From an uncultured Chloroflexia bacterium (lineage in GTDB: Bacteria > Chloroflexota > Anaerolineae > CG2-30-64-16): 64,000 bases of DNA. Position 1 is the stretch's first letter; each line of letters opens with the position of its first letter. Location of the stretch: NCBI GenBank assembly GCA_963810095.1, contig CAWEMM010000006.1, positions 1,824,001 to 1,888,000 on the forward strand, given 5' to 3'. This document shows positions 21,701 to 31,800 of this stretch, in pieces. The notes beneath the pieces are model-generated. The model was not told the origin of the DNA and did not search any database. It was given only the letters and a program-made list of their open reading frames with translations. The translations under genes were made by a program, and so were the position numbers.

Positions 21701-22175
21701 CCGCGAAACCCTCGATGCCGCGTTCCTGAGCCAGGTGCTCGCGGTAACGGGCCACCTGTTCGACCATCTCCAAGCCGGCGCGGACTGCGCGCTCGGGGTC
21801 ATCTTCGTGGGCCGTGGACGCGCCGAAGAAAGCTAACGCGGCGTCGCCCACCAGTCGGGCCACCATGCCCTCGTGGCGCACGATCGATGGTGTCAGCGCG
21901 TCGAAGGCGCCGTTCATAATCTCCAGGTAGTCTTCGGGGTCCAACTGCTCGGCCAACGCGGTCGAGTCGACGACGTCGCAGAAGAGGATCGTGATCATGC
22001 GCCGGTTGTGAAACGTGACTCCCTGATCTCGTGAGCCGCCCTGTTCGTGGAGCGCACGCTGCAGCAGCGCGGCGGGCGCGAGCGCGCCGGTGGAACTGGT
22101 GTCAAGGGCAGTGCCACAGTGAGGACAGAAGGCGAAGCCTGCGGGATACGGCTGCCGGCACCCGGGACAGTTCAT
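18573..22175 (-). CDS. Zn ribbon - class III adenylate/guanylate cyclase - AAA (STAND-like) ATPase - TPR protein
   Basis: CPGC..CPHC; TILFCDVVDST, GDA, RVGINTG and GEAVNLAARMQ; Walker A GEAGLGKS; LEDLHWAD; GNPFFLEE; TPRs. The true C-terminus is probably near 18790, because the annotated tail overlaps the next gene. Confidence 0.9.
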   Translation of the reverse strand: MNCPGCRQPYPAGFAFCPHCGTALDTSSTGALAPAALLQRALHEQGGSRDQGVTFHNRRMITILFCDVVDSTALAEQLDPEDYLEIMNGAFDALTPSIVRHEGMVARLVGDAALAFFGASTAHEDDPERAVRAGLEMVEQVARYREHLAQERGIEGFAVRVGINTGLVVVGAVGSDERAEYTAMGEAVNLAARMQTAAPPGGVLITQDTYRQVRGRFDFVPQPLMRVKGHSEPLQTYLVVRAKPLAFPVRNRGIEGVTTPMVGRDAEMATLQNAYLDASEGGQARIVTVLGEAGLGKSRLLDEFTAWVDLRPEYQYYWRGRATRSTQATPYALLRDLFARRFRIQDSDSAADALARFRQALSGILAPEQADLAGHLAGFDFSASPAVRGLLGSPAFRQIAAGALRQALQTLWGLGRDGAPVGDQTLQAGQEGPVVVLLEDLHWADDASLDLIASLTGEDGQARLLMVAAARPDFLQRRPNWGEGQETHLRLELRPLSRRSSRALAGEILRRVPQVPRHLVERLVDGADGNPFFLEELVKVLIEDGAIETGVDEWRINPEKLRDARLPPTLTAVLQARLDALPAAERLVLQRASVIGKQFWDTLVADLVPEVPDVAPPLAALRSRELIYRRERSAFAGATEYTFEHAILREVTYESVLLHVRRECHAQVARWLEARAGERLNEYLAQIAGHYHQAGQDRVAAAWYIRAGEHAANLGANGEARELFEIGLRLLPAGDLEQRWRALAGHDEVLGVLGESDARQVDDDALLALAWEMDDDNKVAEAQFRRGHYLAVLSRYGEAMEALDLALAAAGRAGNLKVRANALSVKLSNLPRMGRMAEAAAIVGEALACADRLGQPMTLARTLSNISIYYAAEGDLVQAAQLMARQAGVMREMGNLFGEGLGLGNLGYYYLLLGDYAKARATLEDALALTKRIGARRERLYTQLNLALACGRTGDATTARELLEEILPELATLGDAFAAASGKNYLGLVLEQCAEAPAAAAAFQEAHDLLAAIGARGPAMDALAGLVRCRMAKGLLDQVREGTDEIWSTLQQGLGGMEFPMLAYETCAAAFERLGETELGAAAARAGYLALVDQAAKIGDPEWRRSFMENIAEHRALVERIREIDPALRGKASRASFHPHPARTLRRACYGPATVSALRLPRRGRVDPGSGKPGHRNRRAGQLRAGDGHSGRHPGAEVHR

Positions 22176-22250
22176 CTTCGCTCCTGATTGACGGATCAGC
22201 GCAACATGCCAATCTTACCGCGATCCGAACGCGAGGGCAAGGGCAGGTGT

Positions 22251-22460
22251 TTTGGAACACGAAGACGCGAAGGTGAAGGAAGATCACGAAGCGCGAAGTG
22301 CGCCGACGAACGCGAAGACGCGGAGTGTGCGAAGTGTGCGAAGAACGCGAAGATCACGGAGCGCGAAGAACGCGAAGTGCGCGGAGAACGCGAAGAACGC
22401 GCAGGGCGCCAGCCTTCGTGCTTCGCGTCTTCGGCGCGCTTCGCGGCTTCGCGTTCCAAA
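22251..22460. repeat. Imperfect long palindrome built from about 9-bp CGCGAAG-type tandem units
   Basis: tttggaacacgaagacgcgaag ... cttcgcggcttcgcgttccaaa, with more than 12 (ca/g)cgaag units on the left arm. Confidence 0.8.
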
Positions 22461-22527
22461 CCGCTTCACCCAGAAACTTGCACGCACCCCTTTGATGGGC
22501 TGCGGCAGATACCGGGGGGGTTAGTGA

Positions 22528-23391
22528 CTATATCAAATCTTGCAGCAGCCGCATGGGCGCGACGGCGGCACCCACGACGCCGGGACCGGTGTGGACGCCG
22601 AGCACCGGCGACACCCGCAGCGTTTCCAGCTTGGCCACCTGGAGCACCTTCTTGAGTTCCGCTGTCAGCGCGTCGGCCTGGTCCTCGAACCGGCCGTGCA
22701 TGACCGTGATCCACAAGGGCGTCTCGCCGTAAACCTGGTGCAGGTGGCCGGCGATCGTCGTCAGCGCCTTCGGCAGCGTGCGGGCCCGGCCCACATTGTT
22801 GTACTTGCCGTCATGGTGATCCACGCTGATGACCGGCTTGAGATGGAGCAGCGTGCCTGCCAGGGCCTGCACCCGGCCGATGCGCCCACCTTTGGCAAGG
22901 TATTCGAGCGTATCGAGCGTAAAAAGGACCTCGGTGTGAGCCCGCAGGTCGGCCAGCCGGGCCTGGATTTGCTCCAGCGTCCAGCCGGCCTTGGCGGCAA
23001 GGGCCGCAGCCAGCACCTGGTATCGTTCGCCGCCGGAGAGGGTCATCGTGTCCCACACCGTGACACGATCCTCGCAACTGCTTAGCTCGCGACCCAGGAG
23101 CGCCGCGCCCGGCGTGCCGCTCAGGCCGGATGAGATGTGCACAGACAGAATCTGTTCGTCGGATCGGGCGAGTTCCTTGTAGATCTGCGCGAACATCCCG
23201 CCTGAGGGTTGCGCGGTCGTGGGGATAGCGGGTCGCATCTGGGCCAAGCGGTCGTAGAACTGGTCCGGCGTCAGGTCGGCCGAGCTGACCTCTCCGCCTG
23301 GAAACTGGATGTACAGCGGGGCTTCGGTGATCCCGAGGGCCTGCAACTCGGCAGCCGGCATATCCGCCGCGCTATCTGTCACGATCTTCAT
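22528..23391 (-). CDS. DegV family fatty-acid-binding protein
   Basis: MKIVTDSAAD, PTTAQPS, HISSGLSGT, LEYLAKGGRIG, VLGVHTGPG. Confidence 0.95.
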   Translation of the reverse strand: MKIVTDSAADMPAAELQALGITEAPLYIQFPGGEVSSADLTPDQFYDRLAQMRPAIPTTAQPSGGMFAQIYKELARSDEQILSVHISSGLSGTPGAALLGRELSSCEDRVTVWDTMTLSGGERYQVLAAALAAKAGWTLEQIQARLADLRAHTEVLFTLDTLEYLAKGGRIGRVQALAGTLLHLKPVISVDHHDGKYNNVGRARTLPKALTTIAGHLHQVYGETPLWITVMHGRFEDQADALTAELKKVLQVAKLETLRVSPVLGVHTGPGVVGAAVAPMRLLQDLI

Positions 23392-23619
23392 GCATGGGGG
23401 TTCCCTTCCGTGCTATGACGTCAGTCACGCGCTGTCACATTGTAACATAGAATGATTGCCATAATCGCGTTGAGGCTTACAAATGCAGATGATCGGCCGC
23501 ACGTCTGGGGGAGGCGAAGCACCGGCCCGCAATACGACCGTACGCCCAGGGGACGCAGCACGAACACCGGTCCCCGGGTGAGGGGCGGTACGGTCGTGAT
23601 AGGTGCCGGAAAAGGTCTC

Positions 23620-24210
23620 TCAGCTCCGCAGCGCCGAGTCCCAGGCCGCGCGCACGTCGTTGGGCGACGTGCCGGCAACCGGTGCATCCGGCTCGTCGGC
23701 CTGTGTGGATTGCCGGTTAATGCGCATCTGCTCGCCGGCCTTGTGGCGAGCCAACTCGCCGTTCCACTGAATCGCCTCGAACCCGGCGTGGATGATCTCG
23801 GCCGCGCCCACCGCGGACATGACGGTCATCAGCGTGCGGGTATACTTGGGCGCGATACAGAGCCCGTACACGAGCCCGGCAGAAATCCAGGTGCCGTTGC
23901 ACACGGGGCAGGAGATGAGCTCGCCAAGCGCCCGCTTGATGCCCGTAGCCTCGGGCTTTGCCTGCGTCGTGTCTCCCGCGCCGCTGTCGTGCGGCACGAC
24001 CTCCACGACCGGCGCACGGTAGGTTTGCATGACCGTGTCGTAGGCCACGAGCCGGGACATCCTGAAAGTGGCAAGCGCCAGGAGGCCCCAGTCTTTCATG
24101 TCGATCTGCTCGGGTTTCCTCTGCCAACAGAACAAGGCCAGAGCCAGGTTGAACAGCCCGGACAGAAGGGCGTAGCTGCTCTTGGTGTTTTTCCTCGGGT
24201 CGAGTCCCAT
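23620..24210 (-). CDS. DUF1360 domain membrane protein
   Basis: LALATFRMSRLVAYD...RAP...LGELISCPVCNGTW. Confidence 0.85.
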   Translation of the reverse strand: MGLDPRKNTKSSYALLSGLFNLALALFCWQRKPEQIDMKDWGLLALATFRMSRLVAYDTVMQTYRAPVVEVVPHDSGAGDTTQAKPEATGIKRALGELISCPVCNGTWISAGLVYGLCIAPKYTRTLMTVMSAVGAAEIIHAGFEAIQWNGELARHKAGEQMRINRQSTQADEPDAPVAGTSPNDVRAAWDSALRS

Positions 24211-24588
24211 CTCCACATCCTCACACTTCGCTAGGAGTCGGCACACCAGATCGGTCTTTTCGCGTCCATCTTCTGATACCACGTCAAGGGTTGCGCGGAC
24301 CTTACCACCAGCTTATGGCTGCCTTAAGGAGGGACCGGTGTGCGGCAGGGGGCAGAGCCGTCAACCGGCTTCGGCAGGCGCTTGTAGAATCTCAGCAGAG
24401 TGCCGAATTGGCAACCACTTTTGTCGTAAGGACGCGCACAAGTGACCACAAGGGTGTCCGCGATCCAGTCGAGCGCCACCGTAATGAGTTTCCGTCCTAC
24501 GCCAGGCCAACGGCCCTCGTGCCTGGGGCGCTGCCGCGTTCCGTCGGGCCGCCCAGGGACGCGCGCATCCAACTCGAGCCGTTCTTCT

Positions 24589-27500
24589 TCAGGGCCCGTA
24601 CCGCAGCAGCCCATCTCCCGTCGCCAGCCATAGCGAACCGTCGCCCGTCACGAACATATCCAGCACGTCGGCTGTGAGCCCCTTCGGGCGAATGCGCCGC
24701 CAGCCGTTCTTGGCATCCCAGCGATCGATGCGACGGCTGTGCCCCGCGATCCACACCGCGCCGTCGTGAGACAGGATCGCGTAGAGGTCGCCGCTGGGAG
24801 GAGCTCCCTGGCCGTCTGCCCAACCAAGCCATTTCTGCCGGTCCCAGCGATACAGGCCGCCGTCGGAACCGACCCAGGCCGTGCCATCCTCGGCGACGGC
24901 GAGAGACTCTACCCAGTGCGGCCCGTTCAAGGGCAATTGGTCGTTCGGCCAACTCTGGGGATTGGCCCCCGCGATGCGGTAGATGGCGGAATGCTCTCCG
25001 TCGACGCCCCAGTGCGTGCCGGCCCAGACAGTCCCATCCGGGGCGACGGCGAGGCGATCGACCGCCTGCCCGGCGAGGGCCTCCACCGTCCCGGTGACCT
25101 GTCCCGTCGCCAGGTCGAGCGTCGCCAGGCCTTGCGACGTCCCGATCCACAGCGTCCTCGTCGTGGCGACCAGCGCGCCCACCTTATTGTCGGGCAGGCC
25201 GTCCGCTTGCCCCAGGCTGCGTAACGAGCCATCCTGCACACGCAGCAGCCCGTTGGAGGTCCCAGCCCACGTCGCGCCGTCCCCAAACGCCATCGAGATG
25301 ATGTCGGGCAAGTTGGGCGGCCATTGGGACGGTGCCGTCGCTTCGCCCGTTGCAGGGTCGATCACGGAAGGGACGCCGCCGTACTCTGGCAGCACCCATA
25401 GCTTACCGTCCGGGTCTGGCACGATCTGGCCCATTCTATGGGTGGACGGCTCGCCCGGACGGCGGAGAGTGCGCCACTGGCTGCCGTCGTACGCGGCAAG
25501 GCCGTTTCCGGTTGCAGCCCAAATCACGCCCGCGCCGTCCTGTACGACCACCGTTGGGAAGTAGAGGTCGTCCCCCGGCGTCGCGGCCGGCGTCCAGTTC
25601 TGGCCGCCGTCTGTGCTCTTCGCGATGAAATCGTCCCCCGACGCCCACAGGCTCTTATCGGGCAGTTCGCTGATCCAGTAGATGGGCGCGTCCGCCCGTT
25701 GGAACTCGGTTCGCTTCCACTTGCCGCTGTCGGGCTCGAAGCGCAGCAGGCCTCCGTCGCCCGTGGTCGCCCAGAGCGTACCACGCTCGTCCTCGAGCAG
25801 GTGTCGAACTCCCTGCTTCTCCGCCAGTCCTTGTTCAGGCCCGAAGACGCTCCATTTCGCACCGTCGAACCGCAGGATGACCGCGGCGTCCAAGCCCACC
25901 CAGAAGCTCCCGTCCCTAGCTCGTACCATGCTCGTGATCAGGGGCCGCGCATCTTTCAGGGCCGGGTCGTCCTCAGGCACGGAAGGCAGGTCAGGGGCGC
26001 GCCACAGCTTGCCGTCAAAGCGCTGGACCGGGGGCCCTTGCCCGTATTGCGTGGCGAGCCATATCGAGCCATCGGTGTCGAGCAAAAAGCGCGGCTGTTC
26101 CCCCATCAAAACGCCCTCCGCCTCGGAGTATCGTTTGATCTCACCGAGCGTCTCGCCCACGGGTTGGGCGTGCAGCACGGCGGAGTTGCCGCCCACCCAC
26201 AGGCTGCCGTCGGGCATGCCCAAGAGTGACTGCGCGTGGCTGAAGGGCAGGCCGTCGCCCGAGGTGAACACCTTGCTCGTCCCGTCCGCCTTCCAGCGCA
26301 CCAGGCCGCCGCTCGTCGCGGCCCAAACGCCATCGCTTGCCGGGACCAGGTCGTGCACCCAGGCCGTCGAGCTCGAGACTCGGGGGTTGGCTGCTACAAG
26401 TTGTTCGATGGTCTTGGACGTCGCGTTCGCGCCCTGCCCGGGTGCACCCGGCGTGCTCTTCTCGGGGGAGGCTTGGCCGGCCGGGCTCGCTTCCGCGCCC
26501 CGCGTTGCACCTGCAGGTTGAGTCGCCTCGGGCGGTCGTTCGCCGGCGATCGCCGTGCCTGCGGTTGTCCCGGCTCCCGGCGCCCGGACTTGGCCCGCCA
26601 GCGTGGCCCCCCTGAGCCCCGGCAGCACTCTCGACAGCGCAAAGGCGAGCACCAGCACGACAACAACGCCAGCGAGCGCCCATTGGAGTTTTCGGGCCGG
26701 CACGCGCCGGGGAGCCGGCTCGGGCGCAGCGGGGGGCGGCTTTGGAGGTGGGGCCGGCGTGCTCATACCGAACAGGCGGCCGTCAGGCGCACGGAGATAG
26801 AGCACGGGCGTGCCCCACTCGGCGCCGGTGCCGCTGGTGAAGATGGCCTTACGTGCCTCAGCCAGGGCGGCGTCGGCCGGGTAGCCGGCCGCGAGCGCGC
26901 TGTAGAATTCGTGACCGGTCAGAATGGCCGCGTCGTCGCTGATTTCGAACTGCATCGCCAGCACGGCGGGCATACCCTGCTGGACGAGGCTTTGGGCTGT
27001 GCCGGCAAAGGGGTCGGTGCGCGACGTGCGAGCGCCTTCGCAGGAATTGAGGACGACGAGCCGCATCGGGGGATGGTCATGCAGCAGGACGCCCAAGTCC
27101 TGGGCACTGATCACATGCCCGCGCCCGTCCTTGTCTTCCAGCAGCAGCTGGCCATCCTGCGTGGCCTCGTCAAACGTGCCATGGCCGATGAAGTGGAGGA
27201 TGTGACACGGGCCCGCCCGTAGCCGCCGCTGGAGTGCGGCGAGCGTGGGCGGCTCGAGCCGCTCCAGGCTGATGCGGCCGCTGTCCTCCAGCTCCTTCAG
27301 CGCGTCCCGCAGCTTGGCCCACTCCTGCGCCACGTCCAAGGCCGGGAAGTCGCGCGGGCTTGCGATGACGGTCAGCAGGCGCAGCGGCGGCTGAACGGCG
27401 AGCGGCGCGACCGGCTCCGGGAGGTCAAGGTAGCGCACGATGGGTGTCGTGTTGCTGAGCGCGAAGAAGCGGTTGAGGGCTGGGCTGTAGAGAAATTCCC

Positions 27501-27861
27501 ACGGGAGGTCGACGAGTTCGGGCGCTTCGCCGAGGCGCAGGCGCAAGCGCAGACCGCGACCTTGCCGGGCCGCCTCGTCCATGCTGCTGCGGAGGCAGCC
27601 GCGCACCTCGCCGCTGAAGACCGCTTCGTACAAGCGCCCGCCAAATGTGCGGGCCGCCTCGAGCTCGGGGGTGCCCACGCGCCGTGTGGTCCGCCGGGTG
27701 CGGCTCATCCGCAGGACGAAGTTCTCGAGCTCGAGGTCGGAAAAGGGCAGCACGAAGTCGCCAGAGGCCCGGCCCGCAGGCGAGGCCAGCACGTTGACCC
27801 GGTAGCCCTGCCCGGCGCGCTCAACCTGGAGATCGAAGTCCAGGTAGGCAATGTCCTCCAT
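24589..27861 (-). CDS. CHAT (caspase-like) protease - single TM - extracellular two-component-regulator-type beta-propeller
   Basis: LPWEFL, HFIGHG and LNSCEG (His-Cys dyad), VLAMQF, EWGTPVLY; TM WALAGVVVVLVLAFAL; repeats such as DGLP..V..L...DGSLWVG. Confidence 0.9.
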   Translation of the reverse strand: MEDIAYLDFDLQVERAGQGYRVNVLASPAGRASGDFVLPFSDLELENFVLRMSRTRRTTRRVGTPELEAARTFGGRLYEAVFSGEVRGCLRSSMDEAARQGRGLRLRLRLGEAPELVDLPWEFLYSPALNRFFALSNTTPIVRYLDLPEPVAPLAVQPPLRLLTVIASPRDFPALDVAQEWAKLRDALKELEDSGRISLERLEPPTLAALQRRLRAGPCHILHFIGHGTFDEATQDGQLLLEDKDGRGHVISAQDLGVLLHDHPPMRLVVLNSCEGARTSRTDPFAGTAQSLVQQGMPAVLAMQFEISDDAAILTGHEFYSALAAGYPADAALAEARKAIFTSGTGAEWGTPVLYLRAPDGRLFGMSTPAPPPKPPPAAPEPAPRRVPARKLQWALAGVVVVLVLAFALSRVLPGLRGATLAGQVRAPGAGTTAGTAIAGERPPEATQPAGATRGAEASPAGQASPEKSTPGAPGQGANATSKTIEQLVAANPRVSSSTAWVHDLVPASDGVWAATSGGLVRWKADGTSKVFTSGDGLPFSHAQSLLGMPDGSLWVGGNSAVLHAQPVGETLGEIKRYSEAEGVLMGEQPRFLLDTDGSIWLATQYGQGPPVQRFDGKLWRAPDLPSVPEDDPALKDARPLITSMVRARDGSFWVGLDAAVILRFDGAKWSVFGPEQGLAEKQGVRHLLEDERGTLWATTGDGGLLRFEPDSGKWKRTEFQRADAPIYWISELPDKSLWASGDDFIAKSTDGGQNWTPAATPGDDLYFPTVVVQDGAGVIWAATGNGLAAYDGSQWRTLRRPGEPSTHRMGQIVPDPDGKLWVLPEYGGVPSVIDPATGEATAPSQWPPNLPDIISMAFGDGATWAGTSNGLLRVQDGSLRSLGQADGLPDNKVGALVATTRTLWIGTSQGLATLDLATGQVTGTVEALAGQAVDRLAVAPDGTVWAGTHWGVDGEHSAIYRIAGANPQSWPNDQLPLNGPHWVESLAVAEDGTAWVGSDGGLYRWDRQKWLGWADGQGAPPSGDLYAILSHDGAVWIAGHSRRIDRWDAKNGWRRIRPKGLTADVLDMFVTGDGSLWLATGDGLLRYGP

Positions 27862-28070
27862 GTGGACCGTCCGTGCGGCCCGCCCCGGCGCGTCGTATGA
27901 GCGTTGTCGTGCCTACGGGGCGAGCACTTGACTTGTATCACACTCGTCCCGTTCTTGTCAATGGCCGACCCGAAGAAGTCGAGCCCCAGCTCGGCCGTCA
28001 TTTCGGTGCTGGCGTTATGTTATACTCGGAGTCACAACTCGATCAGAAGTACGAACATGGGGAGATCCGC

Positions 28071-28500
28071 ATGGACAGGCATTTCGTAGAACTTAATCGT
28101 GCGTCGACCGAGCGTATGCGTGACCTGGCCCAACGGTTGACCGACGAGCAGCTCCTGACGCCGGTCGGCCAGCACTGGACCGTGGCCATCGTGATGGCCC
28201 ATCTCGCATTCTGGGACCGCCGGGTGCTCTACGTGCTCGATATGACCGAGCGCGACGGAAAGCTCCTGGTCCCCACGATCGACATCCTGGTCAATGATCT
28301 GTCGCTGCCCTTGTGGGCGGCCATCCCGCCCCGCATCGCCTGCACGATCGCGATCGAGGCGGCAGAGGCGCTCGACGCGCTGGCTGGCAGGTTACCCCGA
28401 GCCCCTGCTCGACGAGGTCTACCGGTTTAACCCGCGCTGGGTCGTGCGCGCGCTGCATCGGGGAGAGCACCTCTCCGAGGCCGAGGCCGCGTTGGCTTAG
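28071..28500 (+). CDS. DinB/YfiT-like four-helix protein, frameshifted near 28385
   Basis: WTVAIVMAHLAFWD; C-terminal RALHRGEHLSE in ORF 28294..28500. Confidence 0.75.
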
Positions 28501-28512
28501 GGGAGGGTTCGC

Positions 28513-28713
28513 CTAAGTCCCCAGGACGGCTGCCTTCACGCGCCCTACCCGGCCGTCTTCCAGCATCACCTTGATGCCGTGGGGGTGGGTCGGGCTCTTG
28601 GTCAGTATCCGGGCGACAATCCCCTCGGTCGTCACCCCGCTCCGTTGGTTTTGCTTTTCGACGATCAGCACGCGCATGCCGGGCGCGATTTCGCTGCGTG
28701 ATGGTACGGCCAC
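28513..28713 (-). CDS. YwbE family protein (DUF2196)
   Basis: RSEIAPG..V.IVEKQNQRSG..TEGIVARILTKSPTHPHGIKVMLEDGRVGRV; GTG start with ggagg RBS. Confidence 0.9.
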   Translation of the reverse strand: MAVPSRSEIAPGMRVLIVEKQNQRSGVTTEGIVARILTKSPTHPHGIKVMLEDGRVGRVKAAVLGT

Positions 28714-28846
28714 TTGCAGGACCTCCACGATACTTCTGCGGATGGTGCATGATATCATGAGATAGCAACCGGCGCGCGGCGTTCTGAACAGGTGTATACT
28801 GTGGTCGTCCGGCCTGGTCTTCCCTGATCCAACAGGAGGCTTTCCA

Positions 28847-31800
28847 ATGACGCGCAGCCTTCGTTCCTGGATTCGGCCCGCGGCGCTCGCCCCGGCCGCG
28901 CTCATCGTGTTCCTCGTTCTCGCCTTCGCCGCCGCTTCCGCACCGGAGTCCGCCGTATGGGCGCAAGATGCGAAGCAGGCCGCAACGCATTTCCCCAACT
29001 CCCCCGCGCCCGCAGCGTCGCTGCCCTTCGTTCAAGTAACGAACAGTCCTGCCTACGATGGCCCGATGTCGCTGGTCCAAACGGCGAGCGGAACGCTGCT
29101 CGTGGTGTTCGAGCGATACAGCGAGCTGTGGTCGCGGAGGAGCACGGATGGCGGCGCGACGTGGGGCGACGAGGCGCGGCATCGATTGGTGCTGCCGCTC
29201 GAACCCCTCGCTGGCGCTTGCGGCCGACGGGAGGCTGTTGCTGGCGTATGAGTCGGCCGGGCACCTCTGGCTGCGCAGCAGCACGGACAACGGCGTCTCA
29301 TGGGGGTCCGAGCGCAAACTGCCGACCGACACGTTTGGCGAAGCCAGCCCGGCCGTGTGGACGTCGCCGGACGGCGGGGTGTGGCTGGCGTGGCACGGCC
29401 TGCGCGAGCGACAGATGGGCGATGTCGTGGTGGTGGAGACCGGCCTCTTTTTTCAGTCAAGCTCGGATGGCGGCCAGACGTGGACGGCGAGCGCGGTGCT
29501 GGCGCCGGGTGGGGCCACGCCGGCCGGCATGGCCGCGGGTGAGGGCGACCAACTCGTCGTCTACACGAACGACAGCGGCGGCCTCTATCAGCGCAGCATG
29601 CGGGGTGCCGCCGGCTGGTCTGACGAGAAGGCAATCGCTCCTTGCTGCCACGGCGATCCCGCGGTTGCTGTCCAGGGCGGTGCAGCCTGGCTGGCCTACG
29701 AGAAGAGCGACGGCGATATCTGGTATCGCACCAGCGCGGACGGCGGCGCCACGTGGTCGAGTGAGAGCCGCTACACACGTTTTGCCGGCATGGATCGCGC
29801 GGTGGCTGTGGCGGCCCTGTCCGGCGGTCGGGCAGGCTTCGCCTGGCAGTCAGACCGCAGCGGCAACTCGGATGCCTGGTTCGGCGTCCCCGGCGAGCGG
29901 GAAGACGTGCGGCCCCCACCTTATGTCGTGTGGGACAACCGCTTGCCGGCCTGCAACCTGACGAGCGACACGCCGATCACGGTGCAGGCCTATGTCCTTG
30001 ACGAGACAGGGCTGGCAAAAGTGGAGTTAGTGTGGACGCTCGACGACAAGGGGCAGCCTGCCGCGCCCATGTTCGACGACGGCGGGCATGACGATGGTGG
30101 GCCGGGTGACAATGCTTGGGGCGTCCGGTTCGGGCCATTGCCGGCTGGCAGCCGCATTAACTACAGCGTGCGCGCAACCGACGTGGACGGCAATGCTTAT
30201 CTGTCTCCCCCAGCTTCGGCCACCGTGCTCATGCCCTTCGCCAAGACGTCTGACCTACTGCTCGTGCCTGATGCTCCGGGGGCGCCACCCGGGGCATTCA
30301 CATCGTACTACACCGCGGCGCTCGATGCATTCGGGTTTACCTATGACGTGTGGGATCCCGCAGCGCGCTGCCTGCCTGATGGCGCGATTCTGGCCCAATA
30401 CGCCAGCGGCGCTGTGATCTGGGCCCAGGCCGACTATATCGATGCGGGCGCGGTGCCGGCGCTGCTATCGGCTTATCTCGACGCGGGCGGGCGGCTGTTC
30501 CTGACGGGGCAGAACGTCGGCGAGGTCCTGGCGTGGAATGGTCAAGACCAGTTTTTGCGCGATTACCTGCATGCCCGTTTTCTTGGCAGCGACAGCGGCC
30601 TCTTCGCGCTGTCAGGGGTGGACGGCAGCCCTGTGGGCAGCGGGCTCCGGTTGAGCATCGCCGGCGGCGACGGGGCGAACAATCAGAATTCGAAGGACGA
30701 GATCGAACCGATCGCGCCCGCCCGCGCGGCCTTCCTCTATCGCACGACCGGGAGTGCCTCGCTGGCGGGCGCGGCTGCACCGGTCGCACCGGGCCCAAGC
30801 CTGGCGGCGACCCCGGCATCACCGGAGCCTGCACCAACCTTGGCCCCTGCGCCGACGATGGCGCCAGAGCCGACGCCCATTGCGACCGTCGTGCCGCCGA
30901 CACCGCCAGCGTGCGCGGGCGCGTGCGGCGCGGGGCTCACAGTCGACACGGGCCGGTACAAGCTCGTCTACTTTGCCTTTGGCTTCGAGGCGATCGACCA
31001 GGCCGCGCACCGGGCCGAGGTCATGGGGCGCGTGATGGGGTGGCTGGGCGGGCAGCTTCTGCTCCTCGCGCCGGCCCAAGACGAGGTGCTGCCGGTGGGA
31101 AGCGTCGTATTCAGTTGGAGCAGTGTGGACGCCCCCAGTTATGAGATCCAGATTGACAGGGTTCCGACGTTCGACTCGCCAGAGCTAACGGCCGCGACCG
31201 TACCGAGCATCCAGTATCGCGGCACGGTCGGCGAACCAGGCAAGCACTTCTGGCGCGTCCGGGCTACGGGCGGCGAGTGGGCGGCCCCCCGCAGCTTCTT
31301 CGTCCAGCTGCCGGTCGTCCCGGTGACGGCTAACCCGGCAGACGACACGGCGCCGGCCCTGGTGCAGGCCGGCGACAAGCTGCTGGCCGTATTTGGTCGC
31401 GACGGTGCGCTCTTCTCGCGCGTCAGCAGCGAGGCGGAGCGCGTCTGGAGCGACGAGCAGGAAATCGCCCCCTGCTGCCGCTACAATCCCAGCCTCACGC
31501 GCGCCTCGGATGGGAAGTTGTGGCTGGCGTACGAACGCGAGCGGGAAATCTGGCTCCGTGCCAGCCGGGACGGCGGCGGGAGCTGGGACGCGGAGCAGCG
31601 GATTGATACGGGCGGGGCCGAGGCCTACAGCCCGGCCCTCGTGCCCGCCGCCGACGGCAGGCTCGGGGTGTTCTGGCGCGGCTCGTCCGCCGACTCGCCC
31701 CGTGCGATCCGCTACAGCTCTTCTGCCGACGGGGTCGGCTGGACGCCCCCAGCTGCACTGCCTGACCCGGTCTGGGAGGACGATGCGCCGTCGGCCGCCG

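Noticed and set aside
22251-22460. CRISPR array or real ORFs (22188-22655 and overlapping)
   Set aside because: Units are about 9 bp with no unique spacers and no cas genes. The ORFs are low-complexity products of the repeat.
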